A stretch of 64,000 nt of DNA from an uncultured Chloroflexia bacterium (lineage in GTDB: Bacteria > Chloroflexota > Limnocylindria > Limnocylindrales > CSP1-4), in assembly GCA_963833225.1 (NCBI GenBank), contig CAWHXD010000008.1, positions 832,001 through 896,000 on the forward strand, read 5' to 3'. Below the pieces are notes generated by a model. It did not search any database and was not told where the DNA came from. It worked only from the letters and a program-made list of their open reading frames with translations. Below are positions 60,628-64,000 of this stretch, piece by piece. The translations under genes were made by a program, and so were the position numbers. Numbering within the stretch: the stretch's first letter is position 1; every line of letters begins with the position of its first letter.

Positions 60628-60790
60628 CGACGCCGACAAGGACGAGACCAAGACGTCCTAGTCGAGCGCCGGCAGCCGCCGGCCTGAGATCGCTTCCGGG
60701 GTTGCCGCATCGCGTGTCCGCATGCCCTCGGCGCGGGCGTGGCTCCGTGGCCACCCGTGCGCTCGGCGGGCGTGACCGGGACCACCTGGG

Positions 60791-62892
60791 TCACTGGCCG
60801 ACCAGCAACGCCGCCAGCGCCTCGGGCTCGTGCACCGGCTGACGGCAGGCGAACTCTCGGCACACGAATGCCGTTGCCCGCCCGTTGAGCGCGAAGCGAT
60901 CCACCAGCAGCGGCACCACCGAGGCGACCCCGGGCTCGGCCACGGCGAGGACCCGGAACGGGTGATAGCCCCGGTCGGCGACGGCGAGGAGCCGGCGGGT
61001 GTCGGCCGCGGCGCGATCCCCGACGATCGCGAGCTCGGTGAACCCGGCGTGGGCCATCTCCAGCGCCGACAACCACTGGGCGAACCCGGTCGGATACCGG
61101 GCGAGATACGGACCGACGGTCGCGAGCGCCGCCTCCGCGGCCGTCCGGTAGCGAGCGTCGCCGGTCAGCGCGGCGAGCCGCAGGAGCACGGTCGTCGCCA
61201 TCGCCCCACCGGAGGGAACGGCGTTGTCCTGGAGCCCCTTGGGCCGCACGACGAGCCGCTCGCCGTCATCGGCGGTGTCGAAGAAGCCACCCGCCGGGTC
61301 GGCGAACCGGGTCGAGGATCATGTCGGCAAGCGCGACGGCCATCGAGAACCAGCGCTCCTCGCCGGTCGCCTCGTAAGTGGCCAGCAGCCCGTCGGCAAG
61401 GTCCGCGTAATCCTCGAGGACGCCGTCGGCGCTCGCCCGGCCGTCCTTCCACGACCTGCGCAATCGCCCGTCGGCACCCAGCAGGGCGCCGGTCACCGCG
61501 CCGGCAGCGGTCACCGCCGCCTCCCGGTACCGCGCCGCGCTGGCATCGTGACCCGCCTCGGCGGCGGACAGGGCGCGCGCCGCATCGGCGAAGGCGGCGA
61601 TCGCGAGGCCGTTCCACGCCGGCCAGCACCTTGTCGTCGCGTGCCGGCTGGGGCCGCTGGGCGCGCCGTTCGAGCAGTCGTGCGCGGGCCCGCGCCAGGC
61701 GGCTCGAGACCTCGCCCGGGGGCAGCCCGAACTGCTCGCCGAGCTCGGCGTCGTCCCGGACCCGGGACAGGATCGTGTGGCCCTCCCAGTTGCCACCCTC
61801 GGTGGCACCGAACGCGGCGCAGGCCAGCGCCCCATCGTCGCCCGCGGCCTCGCGGATCTCCGCCGCGCTCCACACGAAGGTGGACCCCTCCTCGCCCTCG
61901 GTGTCCGCGTCCTGGCTCGCCGCGAACCCGCCGTCGGCGCGTGCGCAGCTCGCGCAGCAGGTAGTCCAGCGTGGCCGTCGAACGTCTCGAGATACGCCGG
62001 GTCCGCGGTGGCCGACCACGCATGCAGGTAGACCCTGGCCAGCTGGGCGTTGTCGTACAGCATCTGCTCGAAGTGAGGCACCAGCCAGTGGGCGTCCGTG
62101 GAGTACCGGTGGAAGCCGCCGCCGAGCTGGTCGTGGACGCCGCCGGCCGCCATCGCGTCCAGGCTGCGCCGGGCGATCTCGAGGGCCCGGTCCGGTCCCC
62201 CGGCCGCGTGCCGCCGGAGCAGCGCCTCGATCGTCATCGGCTGCGGGAACTTGGGCGCCCGGCCCCAGCCGCCGTTGACCGGGTCGAATGCCTCGTCGAT
62301 GGCCGTGAGCGCCGCGTCGAGAACGTCGCGAGCCGGAAGCCCGGGCGTGGCCGACGCGGCGCGCTGCTGCTCCGCGAGGGCCGTGACCAGGCGGCTGCCG
62401 GCCTCCTCGAGCTCGGCCCGCTGCTCGAACCAGGCGAGGCGCACGCTATCGAGCACCTGGCGGAACGACGGCATCCCGTGGCGGGGCTCGTCGGGGAAGT
62501 AGGTGCCGCCGAAGAACGGCCGGCCCTCGGGCGTCAGGAACACGCTCATCGGCCAGCCGCCCTGGCCCGTGATCGCCTGCACCGCGCCCATGTAGAGCGC
62601 GTCGATGTCGGGCCGCTCCTCGCGATCGACCTTGATCGCGACGAAGTGGGCGTTGAGCATGGCCGCCGTCGAGGTGTCCTCGAACGACTCGCGCTCCATC
62701 ACGTGGCACCAGTGACAGGCCGCATAGCCGACCGACAGGAAGATCGGCCGGTCCAGCTCCACGGCGCGACCGAGCGCCTCGGGGCCCCACGGGTACCAGT
62801 CGACCGGGTTGTGGGCGTGCTGCGAGCAGGTAGGGGCTCGTCTCGCCCGCGAGGCGGTTTGGGGACCGGGGCGGCAGATCTGTTGCGGCCAT
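60791..62892 (-). CDS. YyaL/SSP411 thioredoxin-domain protein with six-hairpin-like domain (multiple frameshifts)
   Basis: NRLAGETSPYL, QHAHNPVDWYPWG, CHWCHVMERESF, GGWP, APKFP, GGGFHRYS, PHFEQMLYDNA, RDDKVL. Confidence 0.92.
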
Positions 62893-63016
62893 GCACCGAT
62901 GGTACGCGTGACGACTGGGGCCGGTGCGTGGGCGCCTATTCCCACTACGCGGGGTCGGGCGTAGATTAGGGCTGGACGTCTGTGTCCTCGTCTGCCCGCC
63001 GCATGGAGTCGGATCG

Positions 63017-64000
63017 CTGGATCGCTGGCTGCGCGCGACCGTCATCGCGCTCCTCGTCGCTCTTGCTGGCGCCACGGGTGCTGTATCGCCCGTTGACGCT
63101 GCCGCACGCGTCCCGAGGGTCGTCCTGATCGTTGGCCCGGCGGGCTCCGTCACCGACGAATACCGGAGGCTCGCCGATGAGGCCGCGGTCGCCGCCACGG
63201 CCGCGGGTGCGGAGGTGATCAAGGTCTACTCCCCGGATGCCACGTGGCCCGCGGTCAAACGGGCGACAGAGGGTGCGTCGATCGTCGTCTACCTGGGCCA
63301 CGGCAACGGCTTTCCGAGCCACTACCGGGACGCCCTCTACCCGCCCACCCAGGACGGCTTCGGCCTCAATCCGGTCGATGGCGGCGACGACAGCGTCCAC
63401 CAGTACTTCGGCGAGGCCTCCGTCGGCCGGCTCCGGCTGGCGCCCAACGCCGTGGTCGTCCTGAGCCACCTGTGCTACGCCAGCGGCAACTCTGAGCCTG
63501 GGCTCCCGGAGGGCACCCGCGCGGAGGCCATCGCGCGCGTCGACAACTACGCGGCGGGCTTCCTGCGCGCCGGTGCCGGGGCGGTCGTTGCGGAGGCCGG
63601 CGCGGGACCCGCGTACTACGTGCGGGCCCTGTTGCGGGCCGGCGGCAGCATCGAGGCGATCTGGCAGGCTTCCCCCACCGCCAACGGCCGACACCCCATC
63701 CTCGCCTCCAGCACCCGCACGCCGGGCTACGCGCTCCACCTCGATCCGCAGCGGGCGAGCAGCGGCTTTACGCGCTCGCTCGTCTCGCGGGGCCTCACCG
63801 CCGCCGAGCTCCGCGCCGGCGCGATGGGCGCCGCGGGCGTGCTCGTCGACCCGGTGACCATCCCGTCCCTCGCGACGGTGGGATTGAGCTTCCGCGAGCC
63901 GTCCCTCGCATCCCTGCCGATCGCCGGCGCCGCGACGCGCCTCACGCTGCCCGTAGCATCCGGGCGCGTGACGCAGATCCCGGCCGGCGTCGAGGTTTCC
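63017..64000 (+). CDS. Secreted protein with a clan CD (gingipain/caspase-like) His-Cys domain (runs off window end, start uncertain)
   Basis: Not in the ORF track. Open frame reads RWLRATVIALLVALAGATGAVSPVDAA (signal-like), VVLIVGP, VVYLGHGNG, VLSHLCYASG. Confidence 0.65.
   Translation, partial: MDRWLRATVIALLVALAGATGAVSPVDAAARVPRVVLIVGPAGSVTDEYRRLADEAAVAATAAGAEVIKVYSPDATWPAVKRATEGASIVVYLGHGNGFPSHYRDALYPPTQDGFGLNPVDGGDDSVHQYFGEASVGRLRLAPNAVVVLSHLCYASGNSEPGLPEGTRAEAIARVDNYAAGFLRAGAGAVVAEAGAGPAYYVRALLRAGGSIEAIWQASPTANGRHPILASSTRTPGYALHLDPQRASSGFTRSLVSRGLTAAELRAGAMGAAGVLVDPVTIPSLATVGLSFREPSLASLPIAGAATRLTLPVASGRVTQIPAGVEVS

Noticed and set aside
11624-62892. Many frameshifted genes (coaBC, M16, S8, cphA, cphB, kinase, lhr, acuC, yyaL and others) as pseudogenes or programmed frameshifts
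   Set aside because: About 20 scattered single-base indels, including in essential coaBC, with intact motifs on both sides and no shared slippery site noticed. Long-read consensus error is the simplest explanation. Read polishing would confirm.

Overview
Very GC-rich bacterial chromosome segment. Gene content and style suggest Chloroflexota, possibly Limnocylindria (inference, not tested). It is mostly housekeeping and metabolic: heliorhodopsin, tRNA-Ser(TGA), serS, class I lysS, greA, argR, uppP, K+-independent hppA, lepB, ndk, an M16 peptidase, an NCS2 permease, coaX-coaBC-panB-panC, gdhA, DegV, MFS, GGT, azlCD, an S8 protease, a cyanophycin cluster, an ECF sigma/anti-sigma pair, a NarL-type two-component system, nei-lhr, tatA and yyaL. 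About 20 single-base frameshifts, some in essential genes such as coaBC, point to long-read assembly error rather than pseudogenes. No CRISPR array, prophage or classical IS was seen. Best candidates for undescribed biology: (1) a ~145-bp dispersed element of TGAC-N5-GTCA palindromes with fixed 62/72-bp spacing, sitting upstream of both copies of an XRE-HTH + PD-(D/E)xK-like (ExQ) gene, plus a second dispersed element family, both with tandemly amplified ends; (2) an operon encoding a ferredoxin-fused GltD-like flavo-Fe-S oxidoreductase and two paralogous unknown membrane proteins next to a GAF/NarL system; (3) a cyanophycin locus with an extra CphA paralog lacking the ATP-grasp domain and a divergent M20 peptidase; (4) an AcuC-type deacetylase fused to a GNAT domain.
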